NCBI GenBank assembly: GCA_963674755.2
Contig: CAXXVS010000002.1
Span: forward strand, 480,001-544,000
Length of the DNA: 64,000 nt
Reading direction: 5' to 3'
DNA from: Desulfobacterales bacterium
GTDB taxonomy: Bacteria; Desulfobacterota; Desulfobacteria; Desulfobacterales; UBA5852
A program made the position numbers and the translations under genes. The notes under the pieces were generated by a model, which was not told the DNA's origin, searched no databases, and saw only the letters and a program-made list of their open reading frames with translations. This document shows positions 18,122 to 28,300 of the stretch, one piece after another (within the stretch, counting starts at the first letter, position 1; each line of letters begins with the position of its first letter).

Positions 18122-19123
18122 GTGAAGAAAACGCGAACGGTAACCATCGGCGGGGGCAGCGGTCAGTTCGTTCTGCTCTCCGGTCTGCGGACCTCCGGCG
18201 CTTTTGCCATAACCTCGGTTGTTTCCATGGTGGACAGCGGCGGGAGTACCGGGCGCCTGCGGGGTGAATACGGCATCCTGCCGCCGGGGGACCTGCTGAA
18301 ATGCATTCTGGCCCTGTCGCCCCACCAGGAGTTTGCCCGCTATTTTCTTCTGAAACGGTTTCGTCAGGATCGGCGCCTGGAGGGCCACAACGCCGGCAAT
18401 ATGCTCCTGACCATGCTGTCCCGCTATACCGGCAGCTTTACCTCAGGGGTGCAGGCCCTGGCAGAGATCCTGGATGCCCAGGGACGCATTCTGCCCGTGA
18501 CCACGGACAAGGCCACCCTGGTGGCGGAACTTACCGACGGCAGCCGCATCTACGGCGAACAAGCCATCGACATGCCCCGCGGCACCCAGCGCGAAAAAAT
18601 CCGCGATGTCTACCTGGTCCCGCACCACAGCGACCAGGTGCGGGTCTACCCCCCGGTTATCAAGGCCATCGAGGAGGCGGAGCTCATCCTGCTGGGCCCG
18701 GGAGATCTCTTCACGAGCATCCTGCCCAACCTTATCGTGCCCGGCGTTACCGACGCCCTGCGGGCCGCCAGGGCACCGATTTATTATATTATCAACATCA
18801 TGACCAAATACGGCGAAACCCATCGCTTCCAAGCGCGGGATTTTGTGACCGAACTGGAGGATGTGCTCCAGCGCAAGCTGGACGGGATCATCGGCAACGC
18901 CACCCGGCCCGAAGCCGCCCTTTTAGCGGCCTATAAAGCGCAGAAGGCCGAGTTTGTCGTGGTGGATGCCTCAGATGACTGGTGGGGGGAGCGCCGCGTC
19001 GTAGCGGCCGATCTGCTGGATACCACCGGCGGCGTACTGCGCCACGACTCCCGAAAGCTGGCCGCCCTCATCAAGGGTATCGACCGGGAGCTGGCTTCGG
19101 GTAAGACGCCGGGGCCTCCCTGA
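18122..19123 (+). CDS. YvcK/GlmR (CofD-like, UPF0052) family protein
   Basis: IGGGSG, DSGGSTGRLR, PPGD, GHNAGN, GPGDLFTSILPNL, LRHD. Confidence 0.9.
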   Translation: MKKTRTVTIGGGSGQFVLLSGLRTSGAFAITSVVSMVDSGGSTGRLRGEYGILPPGDLLKCILALSPHQEFARYFLLKRFRQDRRLEGHNAGNMLLTMLSRYTGSFTSGVQALAEILDAQGRILPVTTDKATLVAELTDGSRIYGEQAIDMPRGTQREKIRDVYLVPHHSDQVRVYPPVIKAIEEAELILLGPGDLFTSILPNLIVPGVTDALRAARAPIYYIINIMTKYGETHRFQARDFVTELEDVLQRKLDGIIGNATRPEAALLAAYKAQKAEFVVVDASDDWWGERRVVAADLLDTTGGVLRHDSRKLAALIKGIDRELASGKTPGPP

Positions 19124-19169
19124 AGGCCGGCACCTCAACGGTGGCGCCAGACCAGGGCCGTTTCGCCCC

Positions 19170-20015
19170 TTAAGCCGGGGTAAACCCGAAATCAGTGTAG
19201 ATCCGGCGGGCCGCATCGGAGCGGAGAAATTCCAGGAAGGCCCGGGCATGGTCCGGGTTGCGGCCGGTGCGGACCGGACAGGCAACATAGCACACCTCCC
19301 CACGCTGATCCAAATCCCTCCCCACCGCGATCCCTTGCAGGGGGAGGCCTTCCCGGAGGGCGTGTTCAACCTCGGTGGCCCAGACCGGCCCCACATCCGC
19401 ACGGCCTTCCATCAGCCGCTGCGGTGTCTCCCGGTGGTGGACGGTGGTCAGCCGGGTCTCCCCGGTTTGCCGCTTGTCAACCATGATGCGTTCTGCGAGG
19501 GCTTCCCCGCCGGCCTGGCGATACATACGCAGGATGTGTTCGGCAATGTCCTCGTAGCGGGGATTGGGCTGGGAGATGATGAGGCCGGCCTGGCCAAGGT
19601 CAGAAACGGACGCGATACCGCGGGGATTTCCTCGGGGCACCATCAACGTAATGCGATTGTGCAGGTAGACGAAACATTGGGACGGATCCACCAGACCGGC
19701 CGCCGCCAGCTCATCCACCGGCGTGGGAGACACCGCGGTGTAGACGTCGGGCGGGGTCGCGATGATCCGGCCGCGAAACACGGCGCCCCCCGCCAGGATC
19801 TGGTGCAGTTCGATCTTGGGCGGCAGGGTTTCGTAGAAAATGTTGCGAATGGCCGGATGACGTGAACGGAAGGCATCCATGAGATCCGGCATGGCCATAA
19901 ACTGGTTGCCGGCCATGAAAATCACCAGATCGGCGTTTTCCGCATTTCCCAGGCCTTGCAGGTCGTCGCTGCGATTATCCGGTATGACAGGCAGATCGCC
20001 GGCTTTGCGGGGCAT
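19170..20015 (-). CDS. ModA-like oxyanion-binding protein lacking a signal peptide
   Basis: PBP type 2 features (LMVPRGNPRGI.SV.DL, GRADVGPVWATE, FLEFLRSDAARRIY..FGF). Confidence 0.7.
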   Translation of the reverse strand: MPRKAGDLPVIPDNRSDDLQGLGNAENADLVIFMAGNQFMAMPDLMDAFRSRHPAIRNIFYETLPPKIELHQILAGGAVFRGRIIATPPDVYTAVSPTPVDELAAAGLVDPSQCFVYLHNRITLMVPRGNPRGIASVSDLGQAGLIISQPNPRYEDIAEHILRMYRQAGGEALAERIMVDKRQTGETRLTTVHHRETPQRLMEGRADVGPVWATEVEHALREGLPLQGIAVGRDLDQRGEVCYVACPVRTGRNPDHARAFLEFLRSDAARRIYTDFGFTPA

Positions 20016-20108
20016 GAAGGGGCTCCTTTCAGAAAGGGATGGTCGCTTGGCCGCTGTTCCCTTCCACGTGCGGGCTGCGTCGAGCGGTTCGGAGGCGATG
20101 CCAGCGCG

Positions 20109-20879
20109 TCAGGCTGCCCGCCCCAAGGCATACTGAACAACGAGCAGAATGGCAATTAGAAACAGGATATGGCGCAGCCAGCGGCGGTAGGTGCCGGTCT
20201 CGATCCGCCGGCGGACGGCCATGCCCAATGACAGGCCGACCAGGACGTACAGGGCCAGGGGCAGGGTGAGGCGGATTACCTGGGGGGTGAACAGTCCGGC
20301 CGCCCCGAACGTGGCGGCCTGGGACAGCTTGCCGGTCAGAAAGCAGAGATTGAAAACCTGAACCAGGGCCGTGGCCGGCAGCTGGAGTTCGAGACCATAA
20401 ATGATGAGAGCCGGTATGGCGGCATTGACGGTACCGGCCAGGAGACCCGCCAGCAGGCCGAACACCGCCATGGCGGTCCAGGGCCGCCGCTGGATCCAGG
20501 GCCAGCGCCGGCCCATGCGGTGGATGTTTAAATAAATCAGGAGAACGATAGCCATCAGAAGCTTGTAGGGCGCCGGCGATGTGGCGATGAGCAGGCGTGT
20601 GCCGGCCACACTTCCCAAGGCGACGAAAAGGGCCAGGGGCCAATAGCGACCGATGGATTGGCGCCAACCGCCGCCCTGCAGGATGCTGACGACGTTGATG
20701 GTCATGGTGGGGATCAGCAGCAGGAGCATGGCCGTGCGGACGTCGGTGAACAGGGCGATCAGGGGGGTGGACACCAAGGGAAACCCGATACCCAGAAGAC
20801 CGTGGATGATGCTGGCAGCGCCTATAATGACGAGAACGATCAGCAGGTGATCCGACAGCAGCAGGTCGATGATGGCCAT
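20109..20879 (-). CDS. TauE/SafE (TSUP) sulfite/anion exporter family
   Basis: GLLGIGFPLVSTP, about 8 TM helices. Confidence 0.85.
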   Translation of the reverse strand: MAIIDLLLSDHLLIVLVIIGAASIIHGLLGIGFPLVSTPLIALFTDVRTAMLLLLIPTMTINVVSILQGGGWRQSIGRYWPLALFVALGSVAGTRLLIATSPAPYKLLMAIVLLIYLNIHRMGRRWPWIQRRPWTAMAVFGLLAGLLAGTVNAAIPALIIYGLELQLPATALVQVFNLCFLTGKLSQAATFGAAGLFTPQVIRLTLPLALYVLVGLSLGMAVRRRIETGTYRRWLRHILFLIAILLVVQYALGRAA

Positions 20880-20919
20880 AGGGGTTTTCCCGGAGGTGGT
20901 GTCCCTGTCAGGCGACCGG

Positions 20920-21819
20920 CTAAGACGCGGCAATGCCGACAGACCATAAAACGCTGAACCAGAGGGCCAGCATGGCGGTGGCGCCGAGGCGCAAGTTGAG
21001 GGCCGCCCCACGTTCATGATAAAGGCGCCGGATGCCGTGGATGCCCATGGGCAGTGTTAAAAGGGGTAGTAAAATCGGACCTGTCCCGGCGCCGCTAGCC
21101 AACAGAACCGGTGGCAGGGCATAGGCGGCCAGCACCAGAGCGGCAAATTCCAGGCGGGTCCAGCGGGGTCCGATCTTGACCGCCAGGGTATGTTTGCCGG
21201 TTTCCTCGTCGGTTTCCCGGTCCCGCAGGTTGTTGACCACCAGAATGGCCGTGATCAGCAGTCCCGGCGGGATGGCCCACAGGACCACGGTTCCGGTCAG
21301 GGTAAGGGCTTGCACATAGTAAGTGCCGCAGACCGCCACCGGGCCGAAGAACAGGAAGACACAAAGATCCCCCAGGCCATGGGAGGCAAGCGGATAAGGC
21401 CCGCCGCTATACCCCAGCACACCGGCCATGGACGCCAGGCCGATGGCGACCACCGGCCAGCCTCCGACAGAGGCCAGGTAGAGGCCGCAAAGGCTCGCCA
21501 GAGCCAGTGTCAGCCACATGGCGCCCAAAACCTGCGCTGGGGCAATAAGGCCGCTTTGGGTGGCCCGGACCGGCCCCAGCCGCCGGTTCGTATCGATACC
21601 ACGGCAGCCGTCGAAGTAGTCGTTGGCAAGGTTCACGGCGATTTGCAGCAGCAGGGCACCGGCCATGGCGCTCAGGGCCGGCAGGGGCTTCAAGCGCCCA
21701 TTCCCCGCAGCGGCGGCCGTCCCCACCAGGACGGGTGCGACAGCGGCCGGCAAGGTGCGGGGGCGCATTGCCAGGCACCAGGTTCGGACGCGGTTGGCCG
21801 CGCCGGCCGGCAATGTCAT
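20920..21819 (-). CDS. menA: 1,4-dihydroxy-2-naphthoate polyprenyltransferase
   Basis: [30 protein letters not shown]. Confidence 0.92.
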   Translation of the reverse strand: MTLPAGAANRVRTWCLAMRPRTLPAAVAPVLVGTAAAAGNGRLKPLPALSAMAGALLLQIAVNLANDYFDGCRGIDTNRRLGPVRATQSGLIAPAQVLGAMWLTLALASLCGLYLASVGGWPVVAIGLASMAGVLGYSGGPYPLASHGLGDLCVFLFFGPVAVCGTYYVQALTLTGTVVLWAIPPGLLITAILVVNNLRDRETDEETGKHTLAVKIGPRWTRLEFAALVLAAYALPPVLLASGAGTGPILLPLLTLPMGIHGIRRLYHERGAALNLRLGATAMLALWFSVLWSVGIAAS

Positions 21820-22532
21820 GGCCCTGCCTTCACAGGTTTGGTCCCCTGCAGGATTACCACGGTGCCCAGCATGAAACGCCGATAGCGGACGTCGCTCATT
21901 CCCGCCTGTTGCATGATGCCCTGCAGTTCATGGGGCGTATGAAAATGCTGCGTGGATTCCGGCAGGTAGCGGTAGGCATAGCGGTCACCACTGATCAGGC
22001 GGCCGGCCAGCGGGATCACGAACCGCAGATAGGCCCTGACAGCGGGCTGAAGCAGACCGGGCGGCGGGGGTGAGGTATCCAGGCAGACCACGCGGCCGCC
22101 GGGCCGCAGAACGCGCATCTGTTCTTTGAAGGCTTGCCGGATGTCGACCACGTTGCGGATCAGATAGCCCGAGGTGACGGCATCGAAGCTGGCCTCCCGA
22201 AAAGGAAGGGCCAGGGCGTCGGCTGCGCACCACCGGATGGCCCGCTCGGCATGGCGCGACCGACCGGCGGTCATCATGGCCAAAGTGAAATCCGCCGCCA
22301 CAGCCGTCAGGGTGGGATCCCGGTCCAGGGCGGCGCAGACAATGCCCCCGGTGCCGGCGCCGATGTCCAGCAGCCGGCCGCCGGCCGGCAGGGACGTCCG
22401 GCGAACCGCCTCCCGCTGCCAGGCCAAGTCCCGGCCGAAGGTCATCAGGTGATTCATCAGGTCATAACGCCCGGCAATCCGGCCGAACATGGCTTTGACG
22501 ATGCCCGCCTTAGCGGTTTTTTCCGGCAACAT
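21816..22532 (-). CDS. ubiE: Demethylmenaquinone methyltransferase UbiE/MenG
   Basis: MFGRIAGRYDLMNHLMTFG, LDIGAGTG, AYRYLPES; overlaps menA. Confidence 0.88.
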   Translation of the reverse strand: MLPEKTAKAGIVKAMFGRIAGRYDLMNHLMTFGRDLAWQREAVRRTSLPAGGRLLDIGAGTGGIVCAALDRDPTLTAVAADFTLAMMTAGRSRHAERAIRWCAADALALPFREASFDAVTSGYLIRNVVDIRQAFKEQMRVLRPGGRVVCLDTSPPPPGLLQPAVRAYLRFVIPLAGRLISGDRYAYRYLPESTQHFHTPHELQGIMQQAGMSDVRYRRFMLGTVVILQGTKPVKAGP

Positions 22533-22658
22533 CCCGTCTACCCGTCACCTTCATCTTCTATTCCCATAGCGCAAACGGGGCGCGCCCGGTGCTGACACGC
22601 TGGGCCGCCCGGAGGCGGATATCGATCGAATACAAAAAAGCAGCCGTTTCGGCAGCGA

Positions 22659-23840
22659 TCAGGCGTTGTGAAAAAACGGTCGGGGTACTTCGACGACAAC
22701 CGGAAATAGCGGGCTGATGTCAGGTCCCACCGCACTGATACCTTCCGGGTTTTCGGTGATCTGCGCCAGTTGCCGATAGGGGTAGCTGACCACATGTTTG
22801 CTGATCGGATAGAATACCTGGAAATGATCCTGGTTGACGGAGATCAGTTTGACATTCTGAATTTCGGAAGGATTGCCGTAAGAGATACCGATCATTTGAC
22901 CGGTATAGGGCGCGAGCCGGATGGACAGGATATTGGCTGATCGGAAGTCGGGTGTGCTGACGGGCATCTGGAGAAGTTCGGATGTTTCCGCGTCGTTTGG
23001 ATCGCTATCGATGATCTGTTGCCCCTCTCCCTGGCGGCGTTCCTCCGCGGCACGGGCCTCTTCTTCCTGCCGGCGTTCGAGTTCCTCAGCCTGACGGGCC
23101 TCCTCTTCCTGTTGTTGGCGCAGGGCCTCGGCCTTTTCGGCTTCTTCCTTTTGGCGGCGTTCCTCCTCGGCGCGGGCCTCTTCTTCCTGGCGGCGTTTGA
23201 GCTCCTCAGCCTGGCGGGCTTCCTCCTCCTGCTGGATGCGCAGGGCTTCGGCCTTTTCGGCTTCTTCCTTCTGGCGGCGTTCCTCGGCGACGCGGGCCTT
23301 TTCTTCCTGGCGGCGTTTGCGCTCCTCGGCCTGGCGGGCTTCCTCCTCCTGCTGGATGCGCAGGGCTTCCGCCTTTTCGGCTTCTTCCTTTTGGCGGCGT
23401 TCCTGCTCGGCGCGGGCCTCTTCTTCCTGGCGGCGTTTGAGCTCCTCAGCCTGGCGGATTTCCTCTTCCTGTTGTTGGCGCAAGGCTTCCGCCTTTTCCT
23501 CTTCTTCTATGCGGCGGCGTTCTTCCTCAGCCTTTTCAAGCTCTTCCTTCTGGCGTTTCAGAATGTCGGCGCGTTTTTGCGCTTCTTTTTGCCGTTCGGC
23601 TTCCTGGCGGGCCTCTTCTTCCTGTCGGCGTTTGAGCTCCTCGGCCTGACGGGCTTCCTCCTCCTGCTGTTTAAGCAGGGCCTCCGCCTTTTCCTGCTCC
23701 TCGATGTGACGCCGTAGCGCTTCCGCTTTTTCGAGCTCTTCGTAGTATTTCGAAAAGTTGATGCCGCACTGGGAGCATTCTTCAGCCAGAAAATTGTTGG
23801 CGTGGCTACAATTGGGGCAGGTGATGGTTTTAACTTTCAT
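22659..23840 (-). CDS. Zinc-ribbon protein with long E/R/K/Q/A repeat helix and small C-terminal domain
   Basis: N-terminal CPNC...CSQC; about 240-aa charged repeat region. Confidence 0.8.
   Translation of the reverse strand: MKVKTITCPNCSHANNFLAEECSQCGINFSKYYEELEKAEALRRHIEEQEKAEALLKQQEEEARQAEELKRRQEEEARQEAERQKEAQKRADILKRQKEELEKAEEERRRIEEEEKAEALRQQQEEEIRQAEELKRRQEEEARAEQERRQKEEAEKAEALRIQQEEEARQAEERKRRQEEKARVAEERRQKEEAEKAEALRIQQEEEARQAEELKRRQEEEARAEEERRQKEEAEKAEALRQQQEEEARQAEELERRQEEEARAAEERRQGEGQQIIDSDPNDAETSELLQMPVSTPDFRSANILSIRLAPYTGQMIGISYGNPSEIQNVKLISVNQDHFQVFYPISKHVVSYPYRQLAQITENPEGISAVGPDISPLFPVVVEVPRPFFHNA
23035..23520. repeat. Coding tandem repeat, 120-bp (40-aa) period, about 4 copies
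   Basis: Sequence lines at 23161/23281/23401 and 23221/23341 are near-identical. Confidence 0.9.
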
Positions 23841-24300
23841 TGCGCGTTAACCCCTTTCGCTCAGGATCCAAGGCGTTGTGTTGCCGGTCAGGCTCCACAA
23901 ATCGTTGAATCCCGCCTTGTCGGCGTGAAACAGTCGCTTTTCGCTCCGGACATGGCCATACCCGTGCCAGAGCTTCGGGTGATTGTCCCGAAAAAGAAAT
24001 CCCCCGCATGAAAACAGCGGCGGTTATTGTAAATGGTAAATATTAGTATAGAAAAATCCTCCCGAGTGTCAAACAAAAACCGGATGCGCATGGGCTTGAA
24101 GACGTTGCCGGACCGTTCCATGGCGCTAATGGTGAAGATGCGTTGCCCCTCCCTGAATCGCATCTTTCAGCTCCGGTCGGCGGTCTTTTCAATTGACAGG
24201 TTGTGCGACGGTTTTTATATTCGCGACCTGATCTTCGTATGCATGAGGATGCCGCGCTGTTATTAAAGATGGAGACGATCGCGACAGGAAATGGGGTTCG

Positions 24301-25242
24301 ATGGAAAAGAAGCCGTTGAAGGGTGAGGACTTGAAAGAACGACTGAAGGCGGCGGCCCGGGATCGCCTGCATCGTTTCCTGTTGTCGGACGGAGAAGTAC
24401 GGGGCGCCCTGGTCAACGGGACGCGCGTGGTTCGCGAAATGCGGGCCAATCATGATCTGGGTGTCCTGGAGACCCTGATCCTGGGGCATGCCTATCTCGG
24501 CGGACTGCTGGTGGCGTCCACCCTAAAGGGAAAGGATCGGGTGGTGCTGCAGATCGAATGCTCCGGCCCGGTGGGCGGGCTGGTGGTGGAAGCCAATGCC
24601 TGCGGCGAAGTTCGGGGATATTTGAAAAACGTTCCCATCCCGGTGGACAAACCGTTGCAGGATTCCAATCTAGCGCCCTTTTTCGGGGCCGGTTTCCTCA
24701 GTTTGACACGCTACCTGGAGGACGCCAAGCAGCCGTTTACAGGAAAGGTGGCCCTGCGCCACGGGCGCCTGGCGCAAGACCTGGCGCACTACTATCTCAC
24801 CTCTGAGCAGATTCCGACCGCCTTCAATCTCAGTATCAAATTTACGCCCGAAGGCGAAGTGGCCGGGGCCGGGGGGCTTTTTCTGCAGGTCATGCCGGAT
24901 GCAAGCGAAGCCACTGCGGCCCGCCTGGAAGAGATTGTTTACCGGCTGCCGTCCCTTGGCGAGCTGTGCGCTGATCGAGGGGATATCGCCCATTTCCTGC
25001 AGGCCCACTTCGGGCCCCTGAATCCCGTGCTCCTCGACCAACCCCGGGTCGAATTCTTTTGCCGCTGCCGTCGCGAACAGGTGGCCCGCCTGCTGGGCAC
25101 GCTGCCCATGGATGAATTGCAGGATATCTGTGACAACGGGCCTTTCCCGGTGGAGCTGCGCTGCCACAATTGCAACACGGTATACCACTTCAGTCGTGAA
25201 GACGTGGCAACGCTTCACCGGCAAAGAAGCGGCCAGGGATGA
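24301..25242 (+). CDS. hslO: Hsp33 redox-regulated chaperone
   Basis: YYLTSEQIPT, AGGLFLQVMP, CRC...CHNC zinc motif. Confidence 0.92.
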   Translation: MEKKPLKGEDLKERLKAAARDRLHRFLLSDGEVRGALVNGTRVVREMRANHDLGVLETLILGHAYLGGLLVASTLKGKDRVVLQIECSGPVGGLVVEANACGEVRGYLKNVPIPVDKPLQDSNLAPFFGAGFLSLTRYLEDAKQPFTGKVALRHGRLAQDLAHYYLTSEQIPTAFNLSIKFTPEGEVAGAGGLFLQVMPDASEATAARLEEIVYRLPSLGELCADRGDIAHFLQAHFGPLNPVLLDQPRVEFFCRCRREQVARLLGTLPMDELQDICDNGPFPVELRCHNCNTVYHFSREDVATLHRQRSGQG

Positions 25243-25356
25243 CGAGACGGCGTGTGATGCGCTCCTTGCGATCTGTTTGGCAAGGGAGCACCTGGCCCGT
25301 CCCATCGAGGGCCAATCGTTGCGTTGCTGCTCCGGTCCGGCGGTTGGCGTGGGCGG

Positions 25357-25569
25357 CTAGTTGATCCCCTTGCTGATCAGAACGCCGATGCAGGTTGCCA
25401 GGTAAACGGCCACGATCACCACCATCCAGTCCTTGAAGGACAGCTCGTTGGTGAAGGACTTGAGCTTCAACTTGAGGTAATGGCGGAATTTGATTTTATC
25501 GTTGGCCTCTTCGGCTTTTTGGAGCCCTTCTTCGAGACGGTTCAGTCGATGTTCGAGATCATGAAGCAT
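25357..25569 (-). CDS. Small hypothetical protein (coiled coil plus C-terminal TM)
   Basis: AGGAG RBS; protein-like 70-aa ORF. Confidence 0.65.
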   Translation of the reverse strand: MLHDLEHRLNRLEEGLQKAEEANDKIKFRHYLKLKLKSFTNELSFKDWMVVIVAVYLATCIGVLISKGIN

Positions 25570-25881
25570 TGTTTTTCTCCTGCGGTTGATTCAGAATAGA
25601 AGCCTTGGGCCGGCTCCGATTTGCATTGGCATTGTTTTCCCGCCCTGCGGTGCAACAGGGATTCCTGTAGTGCGGCAGGGCGGCGATTGCCGCACCGGCG
25701 CAAACGAGGGGGATTTTGGAATAACCTTATGAAATTGTATGAAATAATATTAATTATGCAAGGGCCGGTAACGCCCTTGTCTATACCGGAAGACGCTTCT
25801 GGTGTCAATTCATTTGGCGGCTGTCTGCAGGGGTAGCGAGCCGTTTGCGGCCGGGTTTCGCCGCCGAAGGATACAGCGTCC

Positions 25882-26700
25882 ATGATTCGCGATTTTATCC
25901 CCAAACGTGATTTTCATCTGTCAGCCGACCCGCCGTGGCGGGTACTGGTATTCCACCAGGACCGCCTCGTCATCCGGGAGCAGAAGGGTGAGGCCGTGCT
26001 TCCGCATCCCGCAGAGCTGGCGGGTCTTATACCGGATGAGCGCTTGGGGCTGGGGCGGATCAATGACCGCGCTTACAGCGGCTGGGCCCTGCTGCAGCGA
26101 CCGGATTTGCCGGACGGTCTGCGCTTGGAAAGCCTGCGGACCCTGTTCGGGCGCCTTGACGAAGCCGAATTCCAGCTGGCCGGTTATGCCATGCAGCTCC
26201 TCAACTGGGTCGCGGACAACCGCTATTGCGGCCGCTGCGGTCGCGCTATGGCACTGGAGCAGGGGGATCGTGCCCTGGTTTGCGCCGCCTGTCGCAGCAC
26301 GATTTATCCCCGTATTTCACCGGCCATCATCGTGGCCGTGATCTCCGGCGACCGTCTATTGCTGGCCCACTCCGGGCGTTTTCCGGGACGTCGCCTGTTC
26401 AGCGTGATCGCCGGCTATGTCGAACCGGGGGAAACCCTGGAGGACTGCGTGCGGCGGGAAGTTCGTGAAGAAGTGGGCCTGGAGGTGCGGCGCATCCGGT
26501 ATTTCGGCAGCCAGGCCTGGCCGTTCAGCGGATCCCTGATGGTCGGTTTCACCGCAGAGCACGCCGGCGGCGAGATCCGGGTGGATGGGCGCGAGATTCT
26601 GGAAGCCGACTGGTTCCCACCCGACCGCCTGCCCGAGATTCCAGGCAAGATCAGTATCGCGCGCCAGTTGATCGATTGGTTTGTGGGGCAGCACCGCTGA
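25882..26700 (+). CDS. nudC: NAD-capped RNA/NADH pyrophosphatase
   Basis: CGRCG..CAAC..YPRISPA, Nudix box GYVEPGETLEDCVRREVREEVG, SQAWPF. Confidence 0.92.
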   Translation: MIRDFIPKRDFHLSADPPWRVLVFHQDRLVIREQKGEAVLPHPAELAGLIPDERLGLGRINDRAYSGWALLQRPDLPDGLRLESLRTLFGRLDEAEFQLAGYAMQLLNWVADNRYCGRCGRAMALEQGDRALVCAACRSTIYPRISPAIIVAVISGDRLLLAHSGRFPGRRLFSVIAGYVEPGETLEDCVRREVREEVGLEVRRIRYFGSQAWPFSGSLMVGFTAEHAGGEIRVDGREILEADWFPPDRLPEIPGKISIARQLIDWFVGQHR

Positions 26701-26802
26701 GGGATTCCCACATCACCGGTGGGGCGGATATGTGGACATGCTTTTCCGGCCCTGGTCCTGTAAGGCGTGATAGGGTCAACCAAAGGGCAGCATACCGGAA
26801 AG

Positions 26803-27564
26803 TCAGGCCTTGCCGATGCGCGGGTCGTCGACGTCCAGAAACGCGCCGCTCAGATCGGATGGCGCTTGAAGGGCCAGCCAGGCGATTTTCCCGGCTGGCA
26901 CCGCCGGATCCAGAAGGCGATCCGTGGCTTTCAACTCCCGGAAGGCGGCGCTTGTTTCGGGGGTCATGGCCTGAGGCCCTTCGGCCCGGATCAGGGCCTG
27001 CATGGCAGTGTCCACCACCCCCGGCCGAAGGGCCACCGTGGTAATATCCGGCTCTTCGGCCGCTAGCAGGCGCGTGAGGTGGTTCAGGCCGGCCTTGGCC
27101 ACGCAGTAGGCGCTCCATCCTGCGATGGCTTTGACTGCGGCACCCGAGCTGATGTTAACGATGCGGCCGCGGCTGGCCCGCAACGGCGGTATGGCGGCCT
27201 GGGCCAGATGGAAAGGCCCCAGCAGATTGACTGCCAGATTGTCGTGCCAGTCCGCCGGTTCGGCGTCCGCCAGCCGGGCCAGGGGCGCCAGGATGCCCGC
27301 ATTGTTCACGAGCGCATCCAGGCGGCCGAAGCGGGCTACTGTTTCGGCCACCCAACGGCGGCCATCCTCCGGTCGGGCCACATCGCCGGCCAGCACCAGG
27401 AGGGCGTCATCCGCTGCTGTGAGCTCTGCCAGGGCAGATACGACACCTTCCCGGGAGCGGGCGGCGGCCACTACCCGACAGCCTTGCGCCAGCAGGTGGT
27501 GTGCTGTCGCGGCGCCGATGCCCCGGGAAGCGCCTGTAACGAGGACGACCGGTGCATCTTTCAT
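26803..27564 (-). CDS. Short-chain dehydrogenase/reductase
   Basis: TGASRGIG, NNAG, YCVAK. Confidence 0.9.
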   Translation of the reverse strand: MKDAPVVLVTGASRGIGAATAHHLLAQGCRVVAAARSREGVVSALAELTAADDALLVLAGDVARPEDGRRWVAETVARFGRLDALVNNAGILAPLARLADAEPADWHDNLAVNLLGPFHLAQAAIPPLRASRGRIVNISSGAAVKAIAGWSAYCVAKAGLNHLTRLLAAEEPDITTVALRPGVVDTAMQALIRAEGPQAMTPETSAAFRELKATDRLLDPAVPAGKIAWLALQAPSDLSGAFLDVDDPRIGKA

Positions 27565-27577
27565 ACGGGCGTTCCTT

Positions 27578-28138
27578 TCAGGAGAGGTGATCCTGGATGG
27601 CCTGGGCCGGCGGGGTGATGGTTCCGGTATGCAGTCGGAAGCCGCCCCGGGATCGGTCGCGGAAATAGCATTCCAAGGTTTCCCGGATGACCACGAAAGC
27701 CAGCTCTTCCCATGGCAGGTCCTCTTCGGCAAACAGACGGACGTCAAGGCTCTCCTGGCCCGGCCGCCAGTCGGTGGATGCCAGCGGCCCCCGGAACATG
27801 AGGTAGATCTGGTTGATGAAAGGCAGGTCGAACATGGCAAAGGGCGTCAGCGCCTGCAGTTCGACATTCGCTTCTTCCCGGGTTTCCCGTCGGGCGCCGT
27901 CCATCATGGTTTCGCCGTTTTCCAGATAGCCGGCCGGCAGGGTCCAGAGCCCGACCCGGGGCGCGATGGCGCGGCGGCAGAGCAGGATGCGGCCGTCCCA
28001 TTCCGGGACGGTGCCCACCACCATGCGCGGATTCTGGTAGTGGATGGTGTGGCAGTGCCGGCAGACAAAACGCGGGCGGTTGTCGCCCGTGGGGATCTGC
28101 CGGCTGACGGGTCCGCCGCAGTGGGAGCAGAAATTCAT
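27578..28138 (-). CDS. Nudix hydrolase with N-terminal zinc ribbon
   Basis: FCSHCG...CRHC..YQNP; GYLENGET..GARRETREE. Confidence 0.9.
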   Translation of the reverse strand: MNFCSHCGGPVSRQIPTGDNRPRFVCRHCHTIHYQNPRMVVGTVPEWDGRILLCRRAIAPRVGLWTLPAGYLENGETMMDGARRETREEANVELQALTPFAMFDLPFINQIYLMFRGPLASTDWRPGQESLDVRLFAEEDLPWEELAFVVIRETLECYFRDRSRGGFRLHTGTITPPAQAIQDHLS

Positions 28139-28300
28139 GACCGATCGCTTTCCGATTGTTGCCTAGCGGTGCGGGGTTTGAAACGAAGGTTTGCGGTCGC
28201 GTTGATGTCGTCACTATGATAGGCCATGTCCGGTGTGTTTACAAGGGGTATGGGGGCGGCTATCATGGAAGAAGATCATCCGGCACCAGGAGATTTTGCG

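Noticed and set aside
23035..23700. CRISPR-like repeat array
   Set aside because: Repeats are contiguous, in-frame coding units without unique spacers; no cas genes
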